Of a stretch of DNA of 36,074 nucleotides, positions 9,146-18,197 are shown piece by piece. The first letter of the stretch is position 1, and each line of letters starts with the position of its first letter. The translations under genes were made by a program, and so were the position numbers. This stretch comes from Patescibacteria group bacterium (GTDB taxonomy: Bacteria; Patescibacteriota; Patescibacteriia; UBA2591; UBA4787). The stretch covers positions 1-36,074 of the forward strand of contig JBMFLE010000002.1 in NCBI GenBank assembly GCA_049971355.1, in the 5' to 3' direction. A model generated the notes under the pieces. That model saw only the letters and a program-made list of their open reading frames with translations. It had not been told where the DNA came from and searched no databases.

Positions 9146-9967
9146 ATGGAAAAAAAATCTCTAAAATTGGGTATTGGCATCGTTTTTTTGGCTATTTTTG
9201 TTTCGTTTTTGATTTTTCAACATAACAATAAACCAGTAAATATAAAAGAAAGTAAAGCCGCATTGACTGATACAGGAAAAATTAATGCGCCTACTTCTTT
9301 TTCTTTAGAAAAAGCAAAGCAAAAATTATCAGCTAATGTTGAAAGCCTGGATGTTAAAGAAGAAGATAATTTAACATCAAAAGTGGCCAATGAATTAGCC
9401 CAACAAATTATTTCTTTAAATGCCAACAATGATTTATCATCCGGCCAGTTAGAAGTGCCGAATGAAGAATTGTTTAGTGATGAAATGATAAAGAAATGTA
9501 CTAATTATTTTCTTGAGAATGTACCAGTTACAACTTTGGCTGAATTAAAATTTATTTCTCAAGAAGAGCCACCTTTCACTTCTTTAAAATATTTTGTAGA
9601 AGCAATGAAAGTATTGGCTGATCATAAGATAACCGATGATGTTTTTCAGGAAAGGTTGCAAAGTTTTTTGGACAATGAAGATCCGACTTTTTTGGTTGAT
9701 ATGATTAATGATTTAAGTTTAGCCATTGATGATTTAAAGAAGTTACCCATTCCTTCATCTTATGCTAATTTACATCTGGATTTGATTAATTTTTTAAACA
9801 CAAAGCAAGCAATTTTAAAAGCGCTTTATAATTATCAAAAAGATCCAATAAGCGGTTTGGTAGCTAGTCAACTTTTAGAGGATTTGGATAATGCTTATCA
9901 ACAATGGATGGTGGCCATGATGAAAAAAATGGAGGGCGATGGTTCAATTAATTATTTCAAATTTTAA
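9146..9967 (+). CDS. Hypothetical membrane-anchored protein, first gene of the T4SS-like operon
   Basis: 273 aa with a single N-terminal TM helix (LGIGIVFLAIFVSFLIF) and a hydrophilic remainder. No motif recognised. Its stop abuts the next ATG. Confidence 0.6.
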   Translation: MEKKSLKLGIGIVFLAIFVSFLIFQHNNKPVNIKESKAALTDTGKINAPTSFSLEKAKQKLSANVESLDVKEEDNLTSKVANELAQQIISLNANNDLSSGQLEVPNEELFSDEMIKKCTNYFLENVPVTTLAELKFISQEEPPFTSLKYFVEAMKVLADHKITDDVFQERLQSFLDNEDPTFLVDMINDLSLAIDDLKKLPIPSSYANLHLDLINFLNTKQAILKALYNYQKDPISGLVASQLLEDLDNAYQQWMVAMMKKMEGDGSINYFKF

Positions 9968-11530
9968 ATGAGTAAAAAAACTTTTGCCATTATCACTTTA
10001 ATTGCTGTTCTTCTTCTTAATTTGGAAGGCATAGTTAATGCTTTAAAAGTTAAAGCCCAAACAGAAACCTTAATCGAAGTTCCTTTGCCCTCGCCAAAAG
10101 ATCTAGATTCGGTTTTGGAACAGGAGCCAGCGGTATATGAGAATATAGACAGTCCCGAATATTGGGGCGAGGTGATGGTTTGTTCTACGGGTATTTATCA
10201 AAAAATAACAAGCTGGATTAATACCGCTTTGTCCGTAGTTTTAAATCCAGTTTGTCAAATGTTAGGTCGTACGTTGAGTTTTTTGGGCATTGGTGGGACG
10301 GCTATTTCGGGTGAATGTATTATTAATACTGGTGGCGCCGATACTACCCAGCAGTGTAAAGAATGGGTAGCTAAAAAGAAAGCAACATTAAAAGCAAAAA
10401 TGGCTGAAATGACAAAATTATTGCTCAGAATTGCCGTGAAAACATTTATGGATCGTTTGGTTTCTAACGCAGTTGATTGGATTAGCGGAAGAACAACTGG
10501 CGATCCACAGTTTGTTACTAATTGGCGACAATTTTTCGGCGATGTGATGGATGAGGCTTTTGGTCGATTTATCGAAAATTCACCTTTTTCGGAGTTGTGC
10601 GAGCCGTTTCGTTATTTAGTTAGAGTTGGGACAACCTTGCCTGGTAAACCTCCTTTTCCAACTTGTACTTTATCAAGGGTAGTAAGCAATATCGAATCTT
10701 TTTATGATAATTTTTCTAATGGCGGGTGGCTTGCTTTTGAAGAATCCTTTTATCCCTGGAATAATGCCTTCGGAGCATATTTAATGACTCAAGAATCTTT
10801 AAAGAATGAATTATCTGAATCCCAGCAAGAAGCCGAGAAAAAAACCCAGAGTGGCTATAAACCAACAGAGTGGTGTATTAAAACCAAAAAAGATCCTGCT
10901 ACCGGTCAAGAAATCTGTGTAGAAAAGGTAGTGAGTATTCCGGGCGAAGCCAAATCAGATTTAACTTCAAAAGTTTTAACCAATCAATTAGAGAAATCAG
11001 ACTCATATTTTCTAACTTCAGCTGATCTTAAGGGTTATTCAGAAATGATTGCTCAGGCACTAATAAGTCGTTTGTTAAAATCAGCTAAGGAATTGTTAAT
11101 TGGTGGTAAGTGGTATGGTAAGGGATTGTTGGCTTTGCCAGAAAAGGGTGATTCTGGCCCATCGCTTAATTTGCGGTATGCCTGTAAAACTTATGGCGGA
11201 TCAAAAGTTTGCGAAATTGATGCTAATGGACCATATTTTTCTAAAGAAAGCTGTGAAGCAGTTTGTACTGGATCCACGCTTCGTTTTAAATGCGATACAG
11301 AATTGCAAATTTGTGTAGCTGATCCCAATGGCAGTTATAGTGATTATGATTCATGTAGTCGAGTTTGTTATCCTTCGATTACACCTTCACCTCCACCATC
11401 TGAAAACCGCTATAGTTGTAACGAAGTTGAGGGACTTTGTGAATTAGATCCTAATGGTGATTTTACTAGTTTAACAAGTTGCCAAAAATATTGTGGTGGC
11501 AGAGAGCCATCACCACCACCACAATACTAA
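9968..11530 (+). CDS. Secreted protein with three C-terminal 4-Cys modules
   Basis: 520 aa with a signal-peptide-like N-terminus (FAIITLIAVLLLNLEGIVNALKVKAQ). The C-terminus has three ~35-aa repeats and Pro-rich linkers (PSPPPS, PSPPPQ). Confidence 0.7.
   Translation: MSKKTFAIITLIAVLLLNLEGIVNALKVKAQTETLIEVPLPSPKDLDSVLEQEPAVYENIDSPEYWGEVMVCSTGIYQKITSWINTALSVVLNPVCQMLGRTLSFLGIGGTAISGECIINTGGADTTQQCKEWVAKKKATLKAKMAEMTKLLLRIAVKTFMDRLVSNAVDWISGRTTGDPQFVTNWRQFFGDVMDEAFGRFIENSPFSELCEPFRYLVRVGTTLPGKPPFPTCTLSRVVSNIESFYDNFSNGGWLAFEESFYPWNNAFGAYLMTQESLKNELSESQQEAEKKTQSGYKPTEWCIKTKKDPATGQEICVEKVVSIPGEAKSDLTSKVLTNQLEKSDSYFLTSADLKGYSEMIAQALISRLLKSAKELLIGGKWYGKGLLALPEKGDSGPSLNLRYACKTYGGSKVCEIDANGPYFSKESCEAVCTGSTLRFKCDTELQICVADPNGSYSDYDSCSRVCYPSITPSPPPSENRYSCNEVEGLCELDPNGDFTSLTSCQKYCGGREPSPPPQY
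11171..11497 (+). repeat. Threefold protein-level repeat of a 4-cysteine module
   Basis: The three repeats are LRYACKTYGGSKVCEIDANGPYFSKESCEAVCTGS, LRFKCDTELQICVADPNGSYSDYDSCSRVCYPS and NRYSCNEVEGLCELDPNGDFTSLTSCQKYCGG. The shared pattern is R-[YF]-x-C-x(4-7)-C-x2-D-x-NG-x(7-8)-C-x3-C. Confidence 0.8.
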
Positions 11531-11542
11531 AATTAACCGGTT

Positions 11543-13456
11543 ATGTTTAAAAGAATAAAAAGCATCATTCAAAAAATAAAATTTAGAAAAATCTCTTTAA
11601 TTCAAGGGTTGATTTTTGGTTTGTTTATTAATCTTTTCATAATTTTCAAAACACACGCTTTCTCTCTTTTTAGTATTGGTGATTTTACCTCAACAGCAAT
11701 CTATTCTATTTTTAGTTGGGTAGCCCATCTTATTGCTCTTCTTGCTTCCCAAATTATTATTTTAGAAGCAAAAATTTTGGCTTTAGTAGTTAATGCTTCG
11801 GCATTTACTACTCTGCCTGTAGTTCAAACTGGTTGGAGAATTGCTCGTGATTTTGCAAATATTTTGTTTATCGTAATTTTAATTTATATCGCCTTTTCTT
11901 ATATTTTAAGAGTGCAATCAAGACAAACAAAAGGATTGTTAGTCAAAATGATTATTATGGCAATTTTGATTAATTTTAGTTTAATGATAGGCGGGGCTAT
12001 TATTGATTTTTCAAATATGTTTTTCAGATATTTTATTTTTGGCTCCCTAGGGGCAGATCCTACTGGATTGGGCGGGGTAAGATTTACCAATGCTTTAGCC
12101 GATGCTTTGACGTTGCAAACATTTATGCAAAGTCAGGTTGTTGCTACGCCAACAGCTAGTTCGACTGAGGCGGAATGGACATCATGGATACAAGCGCAAA
12201 TGGTAGGGGCGGAAGAGAAAACTGCTCTGATGGGTATAGCAAAGTTAGCCTTCACAATTGTTTTTAGCTTTTTAGTCATTATAATTTTTGGTGCTTTGGT
12301 TGGTATTTTGTTTGTGCGTCTTTTCTGGTTATGGATTTTATTAATTTTTGCACCGCTGGCCTGGGTAATATCATTAATTTCAATTCCTGGCACACCGGCT
12401 GGTATATCCAAACAATGGTGGAGTAAATTTTTGCAGTGGTGTTTTGTAGCACCAGTAATGGGATTTTTCGTTTATTTGGCTCTTGAAACAGCTTCGCATG
12501 TTAAGCAATTGCATATTCCAGGGACACTCACAGCGGGTGGTATGAGTTCTGTAATGTACAATTTACAGAGCGTAATGCAGATGTTTTTAGTGGCAGGATT
12601 TATTGTGGCGGGATTAATAGCTGGAGAAAAAATGGGTGTAGAAATAGCTAAGAAGACTTTGGATTTTGCCAAAGAAACAGGAAGGAAAGCATCAGGAGCT
12701 GTTAAAGGAAAGGCTTCCTTATGGGCGTTAAGAGCGGCCAATGTTCCAGCAACTGGTTTAGAGAAGGCGGCTAGTAAGAATGAATTAGCAAGAGCGGCTA
12801 TTAGTCTTACCGGTTTGGGTATGGCTAGTCGTTATGTTTCTCGCAAAGCCGAGGAGGTTAAGAATAAGGAATGGAGTAATAGAGTAAAGAAATATGAAAA
12901 TGTGAGTGTAGAGCAGTTAAAACAAATGGCCAATTCTGCTTTAATACCTGAAGAAAGAGCGGCGATGTTTGCTGTTTTAGCTAAAAAAGGCGGGATTGAT
13001 GATTCGAATAAAGATAAAGCCTTGCCTTTGTTAAGCAAATATAGTAAAGAAGATTATAAGAAAATCATTAAAGATCATCCCGAGTGGCATCCTGATGTTC
13101 AATCAGCGGTTAAAACTGGTAAGTCCGAGGAAGTGATTAAAGCTATTAGAAAAGCCGATATAGAAGTTGAGAGTATCAAACTGGATAAAATTAAAGATCC
13201 TATTGTTCTTTCGGGCGTTATACAATTAAAGCTTGAAACAAATCCTGAACAGGCAGCGAGCGAGCTGAGAAATCTTGATTTACCTAAATTAGACCAATTA
13301 ACTTCAGAAATTAAACGCGCCTATGAAACAATGGATGAGGAGACCAAAAAAGAATTTAGAAAGAAAATAAAAAGTGGTTTTAATGGTCGAATGTGGTTTA
13401 AGAAAAATTTAGAAGGACCAACTTTGGTTAGTTCGAGTGGAAAGCCAATAACATAA
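11543..13456 (+). CDS. Polytopic membrane protein, VirB6/TrbL-like, with a long hydrophilic C-terminal domain
   Basis: 637 aa. About 7-9 hydrophobic helices lie in the first ~370 aa, followed by a ~250-aa Lys/Glu-rich soluble tail. The position just upstream of the PrgI/VirB4 genes fits the T4SS channel subunit. No strict motif, so the call rests on architecture and context. Confidence 0.6.
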   Translation: MFKRIKSIIQKIKFRKISLIQGLIFGLFINLFIIFKTHAFSLFSIGDFTSTAIYSIFSWVAHLIALLASQIIILEAKILALVVNASAFTTLPVVQTGWRIARDFANILFIVILIYIAFSYILRVQSRQTKGLLVKMIIMAILINFSLMIGGAIIDFSNMFFRYFIFGSLGADPTGLGGVRFTNALADALTLQTFMQSQVVATPTASSTEAEWTSWIQAQMVGAEEKTALMGIAKLAFTIVFSFLVIIIFGALVGILFVRLFWLWILLIFAPLAWVISLISIPGTPAGISKQWWSKFLQWCFVAPVMGFFVYLALETASHVKQLHIPGTLTAGGMSSVMYNLQSVMQMFLVAGFIVAGLIAGEKMGVEIAKKTLDFAKETGRKASGAVKGKASLWALRAANVPATGLEKAASKNELARAAISLTGLGMASRYVSRKAEEVKNKEWSNRVKKYENVSVEQLKQMANSALIPEERAAMFAVLAKKGGIDDSNKDKALPLLSKYSKEDYKKIIKDHPEWHPDVQSAVKTGKSEEVIKAIRKADIEVESIKLDKIKDPIVLSGVIQLKLETNPEQAASELRNLDLPKLDQLTSEIKRAYETMDEETKKEFRKKIKSGFNGRMWFKKNLEGPTLVSSSGKPIT

Positions 13457-13479
13457 AAAGAACAAATAAAAATAAAAAT

Positions 13480-14739
13480 ATGAATGATACAAATATTCCA
13501 GTAAAAAATTCTAATAACGAAAGCAAAGAGATGGATAATGAATTAGAAGAAATGCAGCAAAGATTAGATAAGTTGCCTGATAAAATTCAAAAAATACTTT
13601 TAGGCAATGAATTGGCTGACTATTTTTTAGAGTTGGAAAGACAAAATAATTTAAACGATGATCAATTTGATGCGATGGTCGGAGCAACCCACGATGTTTT
13701 TATTGGTAAATTAAATCCTAGTGTTTTCCTTGCTTTTTTAAGTGGAAAATTAATAGATTTGGGTATTCATCCGGTATTGGCGAAGGAGATTGCTTTAAAA
13801 ATAGAATCTAAATTCATCTCGCCTTTTAAAGAAGATTTAGAAAAAATTTATCATCGTTTTTCAGCAATGGAAAAATTAGAAAAAGAAAGCCAGCCGGAAT
13901 TAAAAAAAGTGGAAATAGCCGAAACAGAAGAATCAATAGCTAAAACACCAGAAAATATTGAAACTCAAAAAGAACCACTTGGCACATTAAATATCGGAAT
14001 TCAACCATTATCAGAGACTAGCAAAAAAGAAGAACCCAAGCCATTAGATGCTGTTGTTCAACCTCCGATCCAAGAATCAACCTCAACAACTCAACAAGAA
14101 GAAAAACCAAAGCGAACTTTTCTTTCGTTTTTCAAATTTAAAAAACCCACACAAGAGACTCAAAAACCAACAGAGCCAATGATTATTGGCAAAGAAGAGG
14201 AATTTAAACCAGTTTTGGAAGAATCTTCCCCTTGGCGGATTAGCTTTGAAGATGTAAAACCCGCGAAAGAAAAAGTGGTTTCAGAAATTGAATTAAAGCA
14301 TGAAGAAGAAATCAAGCCGATTAGTACTATAGAAAAACCAATTTTTGAACAAAGAGAATTTGTTGAAAAGAAACAAGAACCAGATATTAAATTATCAAGT
14401 GAGCCAATTGCTCCACCGCCACCAATAACAGAGCAAAAAATAGAGCCTTCAACGTTTCAAACACCTCAAGATGTCAATCCAATCCCCATTGTTGAAGCGT
14501 TCCTACCAAAAGAAGCTGTTTCTTCAGAAATGAAAGAAACAACCCCAATCCCACCAGAAGAAAAGTTAGAATCGAAACAAGAAGAGATACAAGCCAAACA
14601 GACGCCTTCTCCAGAAAATAAATCTTTCATACCGAAAGATGAAGAACCGAAACAAGAAGAAAAAGTTGAATCTAAAAATGAGACAACAGCAGATATTCCG
14701 GCGGAAAATGTTATTGATTTAAGAAAGTTAAAATTTTAG
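13480..14739 (+). CDS. Acidic protein: ~120-aa helical N-domain plus ~300-aa Glu/Lys/Pro/Gln-rich low-complexity region
   Basis: 419 aa with no TM segment. The long E/K/P/Q-rich tract (EEKPKRT, QETQKPTEP, APPPPITEQK, KQEEKVESK) has no exact tandem repeat. Confidence 0.6.
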   Translation: MNDTNIPVKNSNNESKEMDNELEEMQQRLDKLPDKIQKILLGNELADYFLELERQNNLNDDQFDAMVGATHDVFIGKLNPSVFLAFLSGKLIDLGIHPVLAKEIALKIESKFISPFKEDLEKIYHRFSAMEKLEKESQPELKKVEIAETEESIAKTPENIETQKEPLGTLNIGIQPLSETSKKEEPKPLDAVVQPPIQESTSTTQQEEKPKRTFLSFFKFKKPTQETQKPTEPMIIGKEEEFKPVLEESSPWRISFEDVKPAKEKVVSEIELKHEEEIKPISTIEKPIFEQREFVEKKQEPDIKLSSEPIAPPPPITEQKIEPSTFQTPQDVNPIPIVEAFLPKEAVSSEMKETTPIPPEEKLESKQEEIQAKQTPSPENKSFIPKDEEPKQEEKVESKNETTADIPAENVIDLRKLKF

Positions 14740-14749
14740 GAATTAAAAT

Positions 14750-15157
14750 ATGCCTACTACTCAAGTACCACAATTTATTAATTTAGAAAGTAAAATTGTT
14801 GGGCCATTAACCCTTCGTCAATTTTTATTTTTGGGAGGGGGCGGGGTTTTGATTTTTATTTTGAATTCTGTGCTCACTCAGGGTTTGTGGATTTTAGTTA
14901 GTATTGTCATTGCTTTATTTTCGATTGCTTTAGCGTTTGTGAAAGTTAATGAACAACCCCTTTCCAAAGTTTTGATTAATGCCTTAAAATTTTATATTAA
15001 TCCGCGCTTATATACTTGGAAAAAACCCCAAGCAACAAAACCTTTATTAAAAGAAACGAAAAAAGTTGTTTCTCAACAAGAAGAGAAAAAAAGATTAACG
15101 GTCGAAGAATTGGAAAAAATTGCTAAAGAATTAGAAGAAAAAGATAAACAATTATGA
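14750..15157 (+). CDS. PrgI-family (VirB3-like) small membrane protein
   Basis: 135 aa. The N-terminus QVPQFINLESKIVGPLTLRQFLFLGGGG, two TM helices and the motif FYINPRLYTWKK match the PrgI family seen next to Gram-positive-type VirB4 genes. A 4-nt ATGA overlap links it to the next gene. Confidence 0.85.
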   Translation: MPTTQVPQFINLESKIVGPLTLRQFLFLGGGGVLIFILNSVLTQGLWILVSIVIALFSIALAFVKVNEQPLSKVLINALKFYINPRLYTWKKPQATKPLLKETKKVVSQQEEKKRLTVEELEKIAKELEEKDKQL

Positions 15158-15861
15158 TTAGTACTGCCTCCACTGAAAAATTTATAGATATTGAAACCAT
15201 CAAAGAAGATTGCGTTATTTTAAAAGATGGTTCGTTAAGAGCCGTTTTGATGGTGTCGGGTGTTAACTTTGATTTGTTATCAGAAACCGAGCAGGAGATA
15301 GTTTTGAATGCCTACCAAAGCCTTTTAAATTCTTTAGATTTTCCATTGCAAATCCTTGTCCATTCTAGAAAAATTAATCTGGATAATTATTTAAACAAAA
15401 TTAAAGAGTTGGAAAAGAATGAAAAAAATGAGCTTCTAAAATTGCAGATTCAGGAATATTACAATTTTATAGATGAGCTTGTCAAAAGCACTAATATTAT
15501 GACAAAGAGATTTTATGTTGTTGTACCTTATTCTCCTTCTCTTATTTCTGCAACAAGTAGTGCTAATCCATTAACACAAATTTTTCAAAAGTTGCCATTG
15601 CCTTTTGGTAAACAAAAGAGCAGCGTTCCCCAACAAGAAGTTGATAAAGAGACGCAATTTGTTAATAACAAAATGCAACTATACCACCGGGTGGCTGCTG
15701 TTATTTCAGCTTTGAAAGCAATGGGGTTGAATGCCATTCGTCTTAAAACCCCGGAATTAATTGAGTTGTATTACAATTTTTATAATCCTGAAAAACAAGA
15801 AAGGGTCGGATTGGCTATTACAGCCGAGCTAGAACAATTAGAAGAACCAACCATAGAATAA
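15154..15861 (+). CDS. VirB4 N-terminal (CagE/TrbE/VirB-type) domain as a separate ORF
   Basis: 235 aa. ILKDGSLRAVLMVSGVNFDLLSETEQEIVLNAYQSLLNSLDFPLQILVHSRKINLDNY follows the N-terminal VirB4 pattern. It is in the same frame as the next ORF, separated only by TAA plus one codon. Confidence 0.7.
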   Translation: MISTASTEKFIDIETIKEDCVILKDGSLRAVLMVSGVNFDLLSETEQEIVLNAYQSLLNSLDFPLQILVHSRKINLDNYLNKIKELEKNEKNELLKLQIQEYYNFIDELVKSTNIMTKRFYVVVPYSPSLISATSSANPLTQIFQKLPLPFGKQKSSVPQQEVDKETQFVNNKMQLYHRVAAVISALKAMGLNAIRLKTPELIELYYNFYNPEKQERVGLAITAELEQLEEPTIE

Positions 15862-15864
15862 AAT

Positions 15865-17664
15865 ATGCCAATTTTACCATTTTCACAAAAAAAAGATGAA
15901 GAAATAAAAATTCCCAAACCGTCCCGGACGGGGTTGCAAACTATTAGAGAAATTTTAACACCGCCGGCTTTAGAAATTGAATCAACCTACGTCCGATTGG
16001 GCGATTTATATACTAAAACCCACTATATTATTTCTTATCCTCGATATCTTACTTCTGGTTGGTTTTCGCCAGTTTTAAACATTGACCAAACAGTTGATGT
16101 TTCCATTTTTATCCATCCCGTTGATACTGGAGTGGCTTTGAAACAATTAAGAAGGAAGGTCGCTCAAGTGGAAGCCCAACTTTTGGAAAGAGAAGAAAAA
16201 GGATTGGTTAGAGACCCGATTTTAGAAACTGCTTATCAAGATTTAGAAAATTTACGTGATGCTTTGCAACAAGCACGTGAGAAATTATTTGAGGTAGGAG
16301 TTTATATAACTATTTACGCCTCTAATCTTAAAGAATTAGAAGCCATTGAGCAAAAAATCATTAATTTCTTAGAGGGGAGAATGGTTTATATAAAACCTGC
16401 GCTTTTCCAACAGTCAGAGGGTTTGTTGTCTTGTTTTCCTTTGAATAAAGATTATTTAAATGTTCATTCTACTTTAAATTCTTCACCGGTTTCCACCTTT
16501 TTCCCTTTTATTTCGCTAGATTTAACTTCGGACAAAGGAATTTTTTATGGTATTAATCGCCATAATAATAGCTTAATTATTTTTGATAGATTTTCTTTGG
16601 AAAATGGCAATATGGTGATTTTCGCGAAATCAGGTAGTGGTAAATCCTATTTCTGCAAATTAGAAGTTTTGCGTTCTTTGATGATGGGAACAGACGTAAT
16701 TATTATTGATCCAGAAAAAGAATATCAACATTTAGCAGAGACCGTTGGTGGCTCGTTTATAAATATTTCCTTAACTTCTGAGCATCACATTAATCCTTTT
16801 GATTTACCGCCTCCGCGGCCAGATGAAACGCCGGAAGAGGTTTTAAAATCAAACATTTTGAATCTTACCGGCTTATTAAGAATTATGTTGGGAGATTTAA
16901 CTTCAGAGCAGATTGGGATTTTAGATAGAGCAATTGCTGAAACTTATGCTTCACGCGATATTACACCCGAAAGCGATTTTACAAAATTAACCCCGCCGTT
17001 AATGGAAGATCTGCAGGCTGTGTTAGAAAATATGGAAGGAGGTACTGAATTGGCAGATCGATTATTTAAGTTTACCCGGGGCACCTTTGCTGGTTTTCTT
17101 AACAATCCAACCAATGTTGATATTGATAATCGTTTAGTTGTTTTTGCCCTTCGCGATTTAGAAGATGAACTACGGCCAATTGCTATGTATATGGTTTTAA
17201 ACTTTATTTGGAATTTAATCCGTTCCCAAATGAAGAAAAGAATTTTAATTGTTGATGAAGCTTGGTGGATGATGAAATATCCAGCTGGTGCAGATTTTCT
17301 TTTTGGCTTAGTCAAACGTTGTCGCAAGTATCATATGGGTGTTACAACTATTACCCAAGATGTGGAGGATTTTATTAAATCTCCCCAAGGCAAACCTATT
17401 ATTACAAACTCCGCTTTGCAATTACTCTTAAAACAATCGCCCGCCTCCATTGATGTAGTGGCTGAAACATTTAATTTAACCGAAGCAGAAAAACAGCTGC
17501 TTTTAAGCGCTAATGTGGGAGAAGGGATATTTTTCGCTGGGGCAAAACACGTGGCTATTAAAGTAATTGCTTCTTATACTGAGGATCAAATTATTACCAC
17601 CAATCCTGCTCAAATGCTTCAAATCCAAAAAGCCAAGGAAATGTTTGATAAAAGCCTTTCCTAA
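15865..17664 (+). CDS. virB4: VirB4-family type IV secretion ATPase (middle and ATPase domains)
   Basis: 599 aa. Walker A AKSGSGKS, Walker B RILIVDEAW, and the typical pre-ATPase region (YVRLGDLYTKTHYIISYPRYL...). Confidence 0.88.
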   Translation: MPILPFSQKKDEEIKIPKPSRTGLQTIREILTPPALEIESTYVRLGDLYTKTHYIISYPRYLTSGWFSPVLNIDQTVDVSIFIHPVDTGVALKQLRRKVAQVEAQLLEREEKGLVRDPILETAYQDLENLRDALQQAREKLFEVGVYITIYASNLKELEAIEQKIINFLEGRMVYIKPALFQQSEGLLSCFPLNKDYLNVHSTLNSSPVSTFFPFISLDLTSDKGIFYGINRHNNSLIIFDRFSLENGNMVIFAKSGSGKSYFCKLEVLRSLMMGTDVIIIDPEKEYQHLAETVGGSFINISLTSEHHINPFDLPPPRPDETPEEVLKSNILNLTGLLRIMLGDLTSEQIGILDRAIAETYASRDITPESDFTKLTPPLMEDLQAVLENMEGGTELADRLFKFTRGTFAGFLNNPTNVDIDNRLVVFALRDLEDELRPIAMYMVLNFIWNLIRSQMKKRILIVDEAWWMMKYPAGADFLFGLVKRCRKYHMGVTTITQDVEDFIKSPQGKPIITNSALQLLLKQSPASIDVVAETFNLTEAEKQLLLSANVGEGIFFAGAKHVAIKVIASYTEDQIITTNPAQMLQIQKAKEMFDKSLS

Positions 17665-17702
17665 TAACCTTAAACTTTTAATAAAATTTATTTATAATAT
17701 AT

Positions 17703-18197
17703 ATGGCCTATGAAGATGAAGATTTACAATTAAATCAAGAAGAGGAAGAAGGGACAATGTCAGCTGAAGAGGAAATTGATGAATCGCCTCCAGGTCCGAA
17801 AATTTCTGCAATTGAATTCTTTATGTGGCCATTGCCAGCTGCTGTTTTATCAGATTTGGTTGATGCGCTCCAGTTAACAGGATTTGGGACAATTATTAGT
17901 TGGGCGGTAAATATTTTGTGTGGTGGTTCGTTGACTTTATGGTTGTTTATGAAGGGGTTGCGAGGAGAATTTATGTTGTTGGCTAGTGCCGTTGATTTAA
18001 TCCCTTTTGTTGGAGTTTTACCTACAAAAACTGCCGCAATCGTCTTTTTATATCTCCAACAAAAACATCCGGAAAAATTAAAGATGGCGGCAAAAGGATT
18101 ACAAGCCGCTGGGAAAATAAAACCTGAATTAGCGGCAGCGGGCAAGGCATTAGAGACGGCGAATAATCTTAGTTCGCAAAAAAATGAAGAACAATAA
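17703..18197 (+). CDS. Hypothetical small membrane protein with an acidic N-terminus
   Basis: 164 aa. A DE-rich first 30 aa is followed by 3-4 hydrophobic helices. No motif recognised. The larger antisense ORF 17735..18271 is judged spurious. Confidence 0.6.
   Translation: MAYEDEDLQLNQEEEEGTMSAEEEIDESPPGPKISAIEFFMWPLPAAVLSDLVDALQLTGFGTIISWAVNILCGGSLTLWLFMKGLRGEFMLLASAVDLIPFVGVLPTKTAAIVFLYLQQKHPEKLKMAAKGLQAAGKIKPELAAAGKALETANNLSSQKNEEQ

Noticed and set aside
9965-9970. In-frame junction between ORFs 9146..9967 and 9968..11530 as a third 'split gene'
   Set aside because: They share a frame, but the second ORF begins with its own complete signal peptide. The two halves do not correspond to any single known protein, so they are treated as separate genes.
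12133-13038. Several minus-strand ORFs (12133.., 12472.., 12832..), together with similar ones elsewhere (630.., 2056.., 3746.., 5162.., 8369.., 9217.., 11100.., 11899.., 16944.., 19792.., 21257.., 21603.., 24661.., 28328.., 30277.., 31079.., 31544..)
   Set aside because: Each lies wholly inside a longer ORF that has clear homology or operon context, and none has a convincing SD. I treat them as shadow ORFs.
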